Notes under the pieces: generated by a model
Seen by the model: only the letters and a program-made list of their open reading frames with translations
Database searches by the model: none
Told to the model about the DNA's origin: nothing
DNA from: Cetorhinus maximus
Taxonomy: Eukaryota
Direction of reading: 5' to 3'
NCBI RefSeq assembly: GCF_964194155.1
Contig: NC_135916.1
Span: forward strand, 1,116,001 to 1,180,000
Length of the DNA: 64,000 bases
In this document: positions 24,341-37,403 of the stretch, in pieces
Numbering within the stretch: the first letter of the stretch is position 1
Layout of the letters: the number at the start of each line of letters is the position of its first letter
Position numbers and translations under genes: made by a program

Positions 24341-25184
24341 ATATTATATGGGATCTTTGGTGTTGAATTTATGGTGTTGCTTTATGAATGCTGGGTGCAC
24401 TGAAGGATTAATTCTGTAAATTTCAATCAGCTTTAATACCTGGTATTTAAATTACAGGCGATGTTCTACTCTTGTGACATGAAAGGGCTGCCCTTCAATC
24501 TGATAATGGCTGTGATTGTTGACTGCAATTGGTGGACCTGCAATTAAGCAGTACTGAGTAGGAGTGTACTGTGGTAAAATTATTCCACCTCCCCTGAGTG
24601 TCTGACCATTGGATGGAGCATTTGTACCTAGTTTTGAGATCAATTTGAGCCTGACTATTTCTGTTCTCGGTGATGGTGGAGCTGATGTTCTGTCTGTATC
24701 TCTGCACTCTCGGAGTAACATCGTACCTGCTGTCAGTTAGAAAGAGGTGGCTAGACTTTTATTTTTCCTGGGATATCATCAGCTTGAAACTGATCCTTTC
24801 ATTGATTTGCCTGGGGGAAGAAACAAAAGTCTTATAACTCAAAATCAGCAGAGGACATTGAAAGACAATAGGTCAACGTAATCTTTCAACTGACAATAAA
24901 TAAAAAAATATACATCTAGATGCAAAACATAACGAAACAATAAAAACTACAGTGTCTGATTCCACGTCAGCAACCTGCTTTGGTAGTTATCAAGCAATTG
25001 AGTGACACTCAGAAACAATCCACATCTGTATGGCTCCAAGGGTGACACTCCCCGAGGAAACAAAGACAGTTCAGATTTCAATATCCTGCTCCTAGCCGGT
25101 GCTAAAATGTTTATATCTTAATAGCTGGTGCCTCCAATACGTGTCCCCTACATGGTTTCTCTCCTCCTTACTCTCTGCCTGTTT

Positions 25185-25730
25185 CGACTGTTCACTGTCC
25201 AAATGCCGACAAGTTGCATGAATCAGCAGCTATACTTGGAATATGCATTACAGGTTTGAGGAGAGAAAATCCCAATAGTTTTCAATTGCAGCTTCCTCAA
25301 GTTCTGTCTCCCTCAGCAGCGCCACAGACAGTCCCATAAAGGACTCTCTCCGTTCAACCGCTCACTCCAAGTTCCGGAACACGTTCTTGCTCCGCTCCGC
25401 CTCTTACAAACAGCCCCCGGTTCTCCCTGAACTTACCCCGAGTCAATGATGATTTCTGTGTCCACACTGACAAACCGGCGACCTGCTGGAATCAGAACGC
25501 TGTTTACTCGCTTACCCGGGCCCTAAGATTTCCATTTCTATCTGTTTGAAACAAAGATCTCCCGCTCACTGGGCGCATGCGCTCTTCTAGTCATGTATGG
25601 GGAAACTGAAGGAGGTCAACAATGCGCACGCGCTTCTCTGGAAGAGACGTCACAGAACAAACGTCATTTGCTCCTCCCCTCAGTCAATGTTCTCCAGCTT
25701 GAGCATCACAATGGGTCTGTGTGGAACGGG
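25185..25730 (-). promoter_or_regulatory. Conserved NRF1/CRE promoter block, unit B paralog
   Basis: GCGCATGCGC at 25573, GACGTCA at 25647, both minus-strand donors kept. Near-identical to 9745-10130. Confidence 0.65.
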
Positions 25731-26674
25731 CAGAGTTTCAGGCAGGTGGACGACTCCTGTATGAAGCTCAAACTGATATCGCTCCCTGCAGCATCTTTGC
25801 TGTTCATTCACAGGTTTAGCAAATCAATCCGCCCAGTGAATCTATGTGTTTGCTGTGACCAGGCAGAAGTTAATGTCTGGTCTTAAAATCACTGTTTAAT
25901 AAAATCAGTTTGAACCTCTCAGTCACTGAGTGTCAATTCGAACATTTTTTATCCAAAGTTTACAGAGAGCTCCAGAGGTTATGGATCATTACATTTCGGA
26001 TACTATTCACCTCACCCACTGGCATTACTTCTGTGTGTGTGATAGAAATGTGTCTCCCTCTGGCCCAGTATTAGCTGGAGCTGAATCACGTCATCTCTCA
26101 CCTCTGTGGGTCTGTCAGTTTTAAATTAGTTTTCCCGATCAGGTTCAGCATCTTCGGTCTTTCAAAAAGAAAAACTCTCAATCTTCTAATTTCCAATGAT
26201 TAAAAGTTCAACTTGTTTATGATTCCCTCATCAGTCAACAGCATCATTTCTGGAATCTAGTCAGGAAAATTCACTGAATAATTTCAAGAGAATTATATCC
26301 CTCTCTGGTTCTAAAGGATGTTTGGGACAAAATTATTAATTCTCATATTTTTATATTCTATTGAAATACAGATGATCTGTATGCCTCTATCCGATGATAG
26401 ATATGAGGGCCACTCATTGCTATATTGACACGTGGTAGCAATAGAGAGAGCGATTTCTCTGCCTCTCCCTCCCTTGCTCCTTCTATCTCCTTCAATCTTG
26501 CTCCCTCTCCCCCCTATCTCGCGACTTCTGGTGCTGTGCAAGTTACTAATGTTAATGATAGGTCAATATACACTGGCAATGTGAACACTCCCCCCGTGTT
26601 ATGAGTCAGAATGTCACTGTTCCTTCTCCTCTCGGAAATTCAGGCCTGACATTTGATCTGATTTCAAAATTGAT

Positions 26675-26810
26675 TTCACCCGAAGGAGAGTCACACTGAC
26701 TCGAAAAGTTGACTCTGTCTTCCTCTCCACAGAGGCTCTCAGAGCTGCTGAGTTTTTCCAGCTATTTTTGTTTTTCAGATTTCCAACACCTGCACTATTT
26801 TGCTTTTATT
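26675..26810 (+). mobile_element. Penelope-related terminal fragment with hammerhead-like hairpin
   Basis: gaaggaGAGTCacactGACTCGAAAagttgactctg...ctccacag...gctgctgagtttttccagc. Confidence 0.6.
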
Positions 26811-27085
26811 TCATCGGTTCATCTCCAATCAAAAATCGAAGCGAGCTCTGAAAAGCCCTTTCATTGTCAGGAACTTGACTATGCGCGAATTTGTGTTCAT
26901 ATATAACTGGCCCGCTCTGGTTGTTGAGATTGGGGTACATTGCAAACTGTGAAATTTTGACCCGTCAGTTCAGTAGGAGCAACATAAACAGGGAAGTTTG
27001 GAGGGACCGGGAGCAGCTAATTTGTATTGTCATCAGAAATAAACATCTTGATGTGAGCTTTTCAGACAATAGCGTGAAATCATAT

Positions 27086-27977
27086 ATCACAGAATCACAC
27101 ACAGTGCAGAAGAGGCCCTTCGGCCCATCGAGTCTGCACTGACACGTGAGAAACACCTGACCTACCTACTTAATCACATTTACCAGCACTTAGCCCATAG
27201 GCTTGAATGTTATGACGTGCCAAGTGCTCATCCAGGTACTTTTAAAAGGATGTGAGGAAACCTGGCTCCACCACCCTCCCAGGCATCGCATTCCAGACTG
27301 TCACCACCCTCTGGGTTAAAAAAGTTATTCCTCACAGTCGCCATGAACCACCTGCCCCTCACCTTGAACTTATACCCCCTTGTGACTGACCCTTCAACTA
27401 AGGGGAACACCTGCTCCCTATCCATACTGTATATGCCCCTCATAATCTTGTACACCACGATCAGGTCGCCCATCAGTCTTCTCTGCTCCAACGTAAACAA
27501 CACTAGACTATCCAACCTCTATTCATAACCTAAATGTTTCATACCAGGCCACATCCTGGTGAATCTGCTCTGCACCACCTCCAGTGCAATCACATCCTTC
27601 CTATAATGTGGCCACCAGATTGTACTCCAGCTGTAGCCTCACCAAGGCTCTATACAACTCCAACATGACCTCCCTACTTTTGTAATCTATGCCTCGATTG
27701 ATTAAGGCAAGTGTCTCATATGCCTTTCCCCCACCCCACTAACATGACCCTATGCCTTCAGAGATCTAGGGACACACACGCCAAGGTCTCTTTGTTCCTC
27801 AGAACTTCCTAGTGTCATGCGGTTCATTGAATACTTCCTTGTCAAATTACTCCTTCCAAAGTGTATCACCTCACACTTTTCACGGTAAAACTCCATCTGC
27901 CTCTTATCTGCCCATTTGACCATCCCATCTATATCTTCCTGTAGCCCAACACACTCAACCTCGCTGTTAAACACCAA
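27086..27977 (-). mobile_element. CR1 LINE 3' half inserted upstream of unit B H1
   Basis: Motifs LQEDID..WADKRQMEF..EKCEVIHFG..EEQRDLGV and LEQRRLMGDL. Same tail as the 19357 copy. Confidence 0.92.
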
Positions 27978-28698
27978 TCTGCGAATGAGACCATCTACGG
28001 CTCCCATGCCACAGAGAGCTAAACGTTCGCTGAGTTTACAATCGACAATATTCTTCAAAGGAAAGGGAGCAAAGTACGAAAAAGAGGAGGAATTCACGCC
28101 TGAGAGCTTCACATTATTGACCGCTGTTCCCTGTAAACATGTAGATGTGAACATTGTGTAAGAGAGTGTTGGAACTGGGCGGGAGAGTCAGAGGAATGAA
28201 ACTGTGTTTGTGTGTCCGTTCTGATCATGAGATTTCCGAGTTCTGCTTGCCTAAACTAAAAATATTTTCTATTCATAAGTTCCCTCTTTTCCCCAACTTG
28301 ACGCCAAAGTGAGATTTAAAGACAATTTCTTGGTTGTTATCTAGATTTCAGTCGAAAAGTAGAGGACTTGTCAGAGATCGGGCGAAGGAGCCGCAGTAAA
28401 TCCGGTTTTAATCGAAACTCGAGTCTTCAATTCGCGTCAAATCTTTTCGACAGCAAACATTACAATGTCAGAGAAAAGAAGGATTTAGTCTGGGACACTG
28501 GAGAGCCGGAATTTCCATGGAATTGGGGAGTTTGTGAGGAGAGAAAAACACAGAGAGGCAGCAGCAGCCCGGAGCTGACAGCAGCCTGTCTCCGCCCCGT
28601 CCGCTCGCTGCCTTTAAGTTGCTCAGTGCCGCCACCAGCGGCTTCATTTCTGAGCCCGTTCACATTGACAGAGACACTTTTGTGCAGAGTCCCGGAAC

Positions 28699-29355
28699 AT
28701 GACCGATACTGCAGCCGCCGAAACGGCTCCTCCAGCCGCTCCCGCCGCCCAGGTCAAGACTCCCAAGAAGAAGAAGAAGGCGGCTCCCCGGAGCAGTGCA
28801 GCCGGTCCCAAGCTGGGCGAGCAGATCCTCAAGGTTGTGGCGGATTGCAGCGATCGCAAGGGGATGTCGCTGCCCGCGATCAAGAAGGCGCTGCGCGGCA
28901 AAGGGCTGGATGTGGAGAAACTCGGCTCCCAGATCAAGCAAAGCATCAAGAGGAATGTGAAGAATGGCTTCCTGGTTCAGGTCAAGGGCACTGGCGCCTC
29001 GGGCTCCTTCAAAGTCCCTAAGAACCCAACCCCGGGGAAAGTGGGAAAGAAGGCGAAGGTAGCAGCTGGCAAGAAATCTCCAGTGAAGAAAGCGGCAGCC
29101 AAGAAGGTGACAGCAAAGAATGCAGCGGCCAAGAAAACTCCAGTCAAGAAAGCACCGGCCAAGAAAACTCCAGTCAAGAAAGCAGCGGCCAAGAAATCCC
29201 CAGCGAAGAAAGCAGCGGCCAAGAAAACAGCCAAGAAGGCGGCAACTCCAAAAAAGCCGGTGAAGAAAGCAGCCCCCAAGAAAAAGTCTCCGGCCAAGAA
29301 GGTGTCGGGCGTCAAAAAAGTGGCGATAGCGAGGGCCAAGCCCAAAGGGAGATAA
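28699..29355 (+). CDS. H1: Histone H1 (218 aa), unit B
   Basis: Same globular domain as 13067, with variant tail repeats. Confidence 0.98.
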   Translation: MTDTAAAETAPPAAPAAQVKTPKKKKKAAPRSSAAGPKLGEQILKVVADCSDRKGMSLPAIKKALRGKGLDVEKLGSQIKQSIKRNVKNGFLVQVKGTGASGSFKVPKNPTPGKVGKKAKVAAGKKSPVKKAAAKKVTAKNAAAKKTPVKKAPAKKTPVKKAAAKKSPAKKAAAKKTAKKAATPKKPVKKAAPKKKSPAKKVSGVKKVAIARAKPKGR

Positions 29356-29412
29356 GCAAAGACAGGAAAGAAGGGAAAGATCCCGAGCAAATTGTAAACC
29401 TCTAAACCCTAA

Positions 29413-29428
29413 GGCTCTTTTCAGAGCC
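29413..29428 (+). terminator. Histone 3' stem-loop (variant flanks)
   Basis: CCTAA-GGCTCTTTTCAGAGCC-GCGCA. Confidence 0.93.
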
Positions 29429-30238
29429 GCGCACATTTCACATGAAAGAGCTGATCCCCTAATCATTTAATCCCTGTCTCGGAGCTGGGAGCAGATTTCA
29501 GATGGAAATGTTTCTTTATCCTTCCACTTAAATCCCATTTTCCCGCTCAGTCACTGACACACTCTCCACCCGTCCCCTCCCGCACTGTGCAATAAGACAC
29601 AGGGATATCCTTACAGCTCCCTATCCGGGATGTGTCCCAGTGCATTCAAAGTTTATCTTTTCTTTATTCACATTTGCAGGGTGAGAGTCTGCAATGGAGT
29701 GAGCATCGCTCAAATGTCCCGTCTCACAACTAAGGCCCATACCTGTTGTTTCTCTAATTCTGTTGGAAGAGATGTTAGGGAATTTCTCAATCCCTTTATT
29801 TCATTGTGGAGGGGAGGGGTCGGGGGATAGTCTAGAGTTGTGTTGGTATAGAATAGGAGAGGGATTGAAATAGACGTAAACATTTGACGCTTAATAGAAT
29901 TGCAGTATCGAGGGGGGGATATTACTGAGAGGATTGGATTTAATAAATTCGATTTTCGAGCTAGCTGGTTAATGATGTTGAAGTATTTCAGTTACGTTTA
30001 AAGCTCTTTGTTCAATTCTCTTCAGAATTTGATAAATAAATGTATTTCGGTCAGGCAGGAGGAAGAGCTGGTTTAACAAAGAGGTTGTTCTGTCTGTCAC
30101 TCAGTCTCTCCCGCCCCGCCTCTCACACACACACTCTCTCTCTCTCTCTCACTCTCCCTTCCTCAGTCAGGTCGGGGCGGGCTGTATAAAAGCGGAACCT
30201 GAAGCCGCTCCCCACTCATTCAGCAGCGATTTGACTGA

Positions 30239-30559
<321 letters not shown>

Positions 30560-31135
30560 ACAAATCGACCCGACCCTATAACAAAACCCAAAGGCTCTTC
30601 TAAGAGCCGCCCACAACCTCACATTGAGAGCAGTGACCTTGGAGAGGGAAAGCGATATGTAGTTCATAAAAACATCTTTTTCATCTGCGCATTCTCTATT
30701 CGCTTTACTATAGTGAGTTACACAAGGTTTCATGGTTTAATTTCGTTCGGTTTTCAGGAATTCGCTTCCTTTCAATCTCCAGAAACTCGATTCCCAGCCT
30801 GGCTGAGGAACACGACAGATTCCAAACTAACACCGAGTTCACAAGATAAAGGCCATCATTTATTACACTTTGATCAGGAGTAACTATTTTGAGACACATC
30901 ATTCTCGCTTCTTCGCACTATTTTCAACCCTGTCTTTTTTATCTTCGCTTTCTCTTCCTGAGTCTTTGAAACATGACAGGACCTGGGAGGTATCTGTAGA
31001 TGAGCTTTATATGGATCAGCCTGTATCGATGCAGCATGTTGACTGGTTCCAGGAAGCACGTTGTTTAAGAGCTTTATTCAGGCCTGTTTCAGAGCGATCA
31101 ATACAATAATGCGAATTTAAAAGGGAATGTAAGGC

Positions 31136-32162
31136 AAATCTCAGCAGGTCTGGCAGCAGCGGCGGAGATGAAAAGAGTTGACATTTCGAGTCCTCATGAC
31201 CCTTCAACAGAACTGAGTATAGTTAGGAGAGGGGTGAAATATAAGCTGGTTTAAGGTGGGGGGGCGGGGGGAGAGATAAGTTGAGGGTGGGGGGGCGTTG
31301 TAGGGACAAGCAAGCAGTGATAGGAGCAGATAATCGAAAGATGTCACAGACAACAGTAATAAAGAGTTGTTGAAGGTGACGATATCTAAACGAATGTGCT
31401 AATTACGAATGGATGGCAGGACACTCAAGGTACAGCTCTAGTGGGGGTGGGGTGGAAAGACTAACAGGGCATAAAAGGTATAAATTTAAAAATAATGGAA
31501 ATAGGTGAGAAAAGAAAAATCTATATAAATTATTGGAAAAATCAAAAGGAATGGGGAAGAAATGGAACGGGGGTGGGGATGGAGGAGAGAGTTCAAGTTC
31601 TAAAGTTGTTGAATTCAATATTCAGTTCGGAAGGCTGTAAAGTGCCTAGTCGGAAGATGAGGTGCTGTTCCTCCAGTTTGCGTTGGGCTTCACTGGAACA
31701 ATGCAGCAAGCCAAGGACAGACATGTGGGCAAGAGAGCAGGGTGGAGTGTTAAAATGGCAAGCGACAGGGAGGTTTGGGTCTTTCTTGCGGACAGACCGC
31801 AGGTGTTCTGCAAAGCGGTCGCCCAGTTTGCGTTTGGTCTCTTCAATGTAGAGGATACCGCATTGGGAGCAACGAATGCAGTAGACAAAGTTAGGGGAAA
31901 AGCAAGTGAAATGCTGCTTCACTTGAAAGGAGTGTTTGGGCCCTTGGACGGTGAGGAGAGAGGAAGTGAAGGGGCAGGTGTTGCATCTTTTGCGTGAGCA
32001 AGGGGACGTGCCGTAGGTGGGGGTTGAGGAGGAGGGGTTGATGGATGAGTGGACCAGGGTGTCCCGGAGGGAACGATCCCTACGGAATGCCGCCGGGGTG
32101 GGGTGAATGGAAGATGTGTTTGGTGGTGGCATCATGCTGGATTTGGCGGAAATGGCGGAGGA
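31136..32162 (-). mobile_element. Penelope-like retroelement 3' part (GIY-YIG endonuclease plus pLTR)
   Basis: ORF 31593..32135 has CxxxxCNTC, VYCIRCSQCGILYIEET, RFAEH and VACHFN. Terminal ctcagcaggtctggcagc...tttcgagtcctcatgacccttc. Confidence 0.92.
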
Positions 32163-32507
32163 ATGAGGCCTCCGGCCATCAATCGGTCAGGGGATGAAAG
32201 AATTTAATCTGCGTTCAAAAGCAGGAAGTCGGAGCTGTTTCCGAAATGGGTCTCGCAAACATTGAGACCTTGTGATATTTCGACTTTGAGATTTATTTTA
32301 TCTGCCTTCAAACTTGCTTTATTTCAATGTCAGTTACTCGTCCCTCTGAAATTGGCGGGCATTTTGAAATTGATGAACTGTCAGTTTCTGCCCCACCAAT
32401 CAGGGCCCAGAAATCAATGCAGCCCCGCTGCTCTTTTCAAATTTCTGGGCGGGATTGCGCTGCATCCAATCAGGACAGGAGGGAGGTGACGGACATGTCT
32501 TAAATAG

Positions 32508-32975
<468 letters not shown>

Positions 32976-33440
32976 ACTGACCCTTCCCGACACTAGACTT
33001 ACCCCGAGAACCACAAAGGCTCTTTTCAGAGCCACCAAGTCGGTCAGAGAAAGAGCTGCGATCAATTGTTAAAAACTCCAGCACCTAAAACCCACAAACC
33101 TACAATTTATTTTCTTTCCTTTTGATTATCCTGTTCCCTCCCTCTGCTGCATTTGGGGTTATGGGGTGATTCCGTTTATATTTGTTTGTAATTTTACATC
33201 ATTTTATTGGAAATGGGATGAGTTAATTATTCAAAGAACATTTCCCTGAACATTGGCAATTGGTCATATATAGATGCAGCACAGACTTTTCATGTCTGGA
33301 AAAGGCAACAGCGCCAGCGTCTCGTTGTAACCAGCGCTTTCACAGATCGCATGAGAAATATAATGTCATTCCGAATCGATAGGGATGTTATCGCGGATCC
33401 GGATAGACAACAGGTCGCCCCTTTCACTGATTAAGTGAGT

Positions 33441-33456
33441 GGCTCTGAAAAGAGCC
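33441..33456 (-). terminator. Histone 3' stem-loop of H2A
   Basis: Reverse complement reads CCAAA-GGCTCTTTTCAGAGCC-ACTCA. Confidence 0.96.
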
Positions 33457-33486
33457 TTTGGGTTCTCAGTTTAAAGAATGGTCGCT

Positions 33487-33930
<444 letters not shown>

Positions 33931-33934
33931 TCAG

Positions 33935-34150
33935 TTCTCTTATACCCTCAGGAGGAATGGTGGTGCGCTCAGAGCTGATTGTTTAATTGTAATATTCTTA
34001 AGATTATCGTCAAATTTTTCACATTGCCAATCAGATCTCTGCCTGACTCACCAATCTGGAGTCGCCACGAAATTGAATTCGGAAAGAAAGAGCGCCAAAT
34101 CGTCAGTTACTAACCGATTATAAATTTCATATTTGAAACTACCGCCAAAT
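33935..34150 (-). promoter_or_regulatory. H2A promoter / H2A-H2B divergent spacer
   Basis: Minus-strand TATAAG at about 33939-33944, CCAAT at about 34027 and 34051, GTCAGTTA at 34102, TTTGAA..CCGCCAAA at 34132-34149. Confidence 0.75.
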
Positions 34151-34674
34151 AATAGATCAAATGATAAATCGCACTTAAATCGGAATAGCTAATTCAGTTT
34201 TCAGACTAAGAATGTAATATTCACTCAATCTCTCACTAATTTGTCTGGTCTGCAGTTTACCTGTATCTGTTAATTTCTGATTGGGAGTGCGGAGTTTCAT
34301 GTATCTGACATCAAGCGGAAATTCAAGGCCCCAATTTAACAGATTCTAATCCTTCGTTTTATTCAATATTGAAAATCCCGCCGGCACATTTGTAAAACGA
34401 GGAGCTAATTTCATGCAGAAAATCGCCGTTACAGTTAACACAGTCAGTTCCAAACTATTAAAAGTTAGGCCTCCCTTATTGTACTATATCATCTTTAAAC
34501 GCAAATACCTCACTCGCGTTTAAAACCAGGAATCCATTCGTGTTTAAACTCGGACCTTTTTGCAGTCCTAACAGCCGGCGGAAATTCACGTTTACCGAGT
34601 GCTGCGGTTAAGCAATATCGGCCTGGATGTACAAGTGTGATATTATTTTAAAATAATAAAATTACATTATAATA

Positions 34675-34920
34675 TTGTATCCAGATTGCAGGTTATTAAT
34701 TCACTCCAATTTGAAGTGGTTCCGAATGAGTATTTATCTTGTTGCACGACTCGTGTTCGGTCTGCAGATGGAGCCAGGTCACAATAACTTGCACCTTATC
34801 GTTTCTGAACACACGTCGAGGAGCAACGGGCCTAATGCTGCTCTTGGAACTTGCCGAGCTCGCCTCCCGCCCCCCGTTAAAGAGGCAATGGTAGTGGCCA
34901 ACTCATCGCCCTCCATACTG
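34675..34920 (+). pseudogene. H2B: Decayed histone H2B fossil, divergent from H2A
   Basis: 34829 ggc cta atg ctg ctc ttg gaa ctt gcc gag ctc gcc = GLMLLLELAELA versus H2B [12 protein letters not shown]. HNN at 34780 versus HYN. YPD at 34678 versus HPD. Lies in the expected position and orientation. Confidence 0.6.
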
Positions 34921-34924
34921 ATCG

Positions 34925-36880
34925 GAACAAGCTGTTATATTCTGCACTTGCTGTTTTCTGCATTGGAATAGTGACTTTAGCTCTGAACCTCTCCGTCACT
35001 GCAATTCATTTATGCATTTTATTCTATAGCTGTCAGGGCCTGGAAGTGACTGTGAGGTGGACTTTGCTTCTGCTGCCATCAGCTTTTGACAAGCTGTAAA
35101 AATGCCAGATTCATTCCGTGTGTATCAGTCTCTGGTGCTACACACGAAAGGTGTTACCCTTCAGCACCTGTCAGTTTGTGGTACTGTGTATGACTGCAGG
35201 ATTAATACTCTAAATTTCAGTTTTGTCTCCCTTGCGGTGTAGAATTCATTTCATTTCACAATTTCTGTTTAGGATTGAGAAATTGTGTATTTCATTATGT
35301 CCAGTCGCTATCCGTATACTGTGATCGAGTTAATTTTGCACTAAGCAGTAATCTTGTATTATAGGTGGATTTAATTGTACCTCTGTGTATCGCTAAGTAT
35401 CTCTTATGTACTCAAGAGTGGGATTAATTCTATGCCCTGGTGCAATCAGTGAGAGTGAATTCCATTTGAATCTGTCAATATCTGGAAATAAATGTGAGGT
35501 TCAAAGAGATACTGATTGATTCAACATCTTTGAGTGAGCGTTGTTTTGTGTTCGTCAATCTGTGGCATGTTATGTGACTGTGGGTTTCCTCTGTGTCTTT
35601 TTGACTGTTTTTCCTNNNNNNNNNNNNNNNNNNNNNNNNNNNNNNNNNNNNNNNNNNNNNNNNNNNNNNNNNNNNNNNNNNNNNNNNNNNNNNNNNNNNN
35701 NNNNNNNNNNNNNNNNNNNNNNNNNNNNNNNNNNNNNNNNNNNNNNNTCTATCTCTGCATTTAATTTTCTGCTATTTTGTTTGTGGTTGGATAAATGCTT
35801 TGTTTGTCCTAGGTGTACCTGTGTTTAAGTATTTGTGTGCGTGTGTTTGTGTATGTATGCAAGAGATCTTGTGCGCATGTGTGTTTATGTATGTGTGTGT
35901 GAGTTTGCTTTGCATGTGTGTCTGTGTGTGTTAGAGCATGACTCTGCGAGTGTGTGAGTGTTTGTGTGGGATTGTGCAGGACTCATTTCCCATTTGTCTT
36001 CGTCCGGTACAGGATGTAGTTTTGGAATTAATTTACATGAAATTTAAGTGTCAATCCTGTGAACGTCACCTATGGTGGAATTAATTCCCTATATCTCAGT
36101 GATTGTACCGATCGTGTATCTCAAATTTGTGCTCTGTGTATATTTTTCCTTTATTGTACATGTGTAGCTTTCTCCTGTACCAAATATGTATCCCATGCAT
36201 GTGTGTGAAAACTATTTCTTCAATGCGTTAATCTATTACTGTTTCCCGGCTCTGTTGCAGATTTAGACATGAAACTTTGTATTTAACAAAGACAGGTTTT
36301 ATTCATTTGTTTTGTTTGAATTAAGGTATAGCATTCAGGCTGCAACTCGGCAAAAGTCTTTGTGAATGATAATGAGACCCTTGAAATTACATGCTGTGTA
36401 CCTCATATCTGATTGATTCAGTTTGTAACGATTTTACGTTATGAATCATAGTGAGCATATTGACCTGGAACGTGTTGTGTATTCATGCTGTACTAATTAA
36501 AATTACACTTTCTCCTTATTTCAGATATGGCATGAGATCTTTTGAGGGGAATTTAACGTGCCCCCAGACTCTTGGTCTTTGGTACGGGCTGTTATGTTTT
36601 AATTATCAACTTACATATTTTGATGAATTTTCACGTGTAATTTTACTGTAGTTATCAACATCTGATCTCTCTGTACCCAATCTCTTCTTATTTTGAAAAG
36701 TCGGTTATGGAAAAATTGATTTTATTCTGCACCTCTCTATCTCTGGTATGTGTCTGTGGTTTTATAATGTGGGTGTCTGCCCCTGTTACGAGAATCCAGC
36801 TTTCTTCTGTATCTGTCAGTGCTCCCTATGAGAGTGGTGATATGTTATTGACTGTACTTGTCAATATCGGCTTTATGAGT
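34925..36880 (+). repeat. Degenerate 40-bp array, third (truncated) paralog
   Basis: Units start at 36721, 36761 and 36801 at exact 40-nt spacing. Homologous to 17770-18300, 5850-6560 and 7880-8120. Confidence 0.6.
35616..35747. other. Assembly gap (132 N)
   Basis: N run. Confidence 1.
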
Positions 36881-36989
36881 GCGGCAGCGCCCCGAAGCCG
36901 AATTTCACATTGGGAACACATCAATGACCGTCCTGATTGATCACTTTTTAATCGTTAGCAGTGGCCTCCTTCTGTGCAGGGATTAGTTC

Positions 36990-37403
36990 TCTGATTTGCA
37001 TGGACACTATGGTCAATAAGCATCCAGTGCAACAGGCAGTTATCAAACTATGGTCAACTGCTAGTAAGGCAGGTATGTTAATCCCTGTCTGACCATCAGA
37101 CTCTATCCTACGCTACACCATCTGCATATAGGAACACATCACACTATAGAGTTTTGGACTTTTGAATTTGATTTTGTCAATTCCCCGTTACATCATCTAA
37201 TTTAAAGTGCTTCTGCTGCGTACGTATGTTGTTGCACGGCTCATCTTCTGTCAGGAGATGGCAGCAGTTCACTATAACTTGGATCTGGCTCTTTCTGATC
37301 AAACATCTAGAAAACAATAGGCCTGATGCTGCTCTTGAACATGGCCAAGCTCACCTCCGTTAAAAAGACTACGACAGCGGCCAATTACTTCCGCTCCATA
37401 CAG
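36990..37403 (+). pseudogene. H2B: Decayed histone H2B fossil with octamer promoter
   Basis: ATTTGCAT at 36994. 37111 cgc tac acc atc tgc ata tag resembles SYSIYIY. HYN at 37270. 37320-37400 GLMLLLNMAKLTSVKKTTTAANYFRSI aligns without gaps to [27 protein letters not shown]. Confidence 0.7.

Larger units (their letters stand above)
17600..24725 (+). repeat. Degenerate 40-bp T/G-rich array, second paralog
   Basis: Units with cctgtcag at 20909 and cctgtgaa at 20950. Blocks are homologous to 240-600, 2080-2400 and 6440-9240. Confidence 0.6.

Noticed and set aside
17600-24725. CRISPR-like repeat-spacer array
   Set aside because: Vertebrate DNA. The units are uniformly degenerate, with no identical repeats separated by unique spacers and no cas genes.
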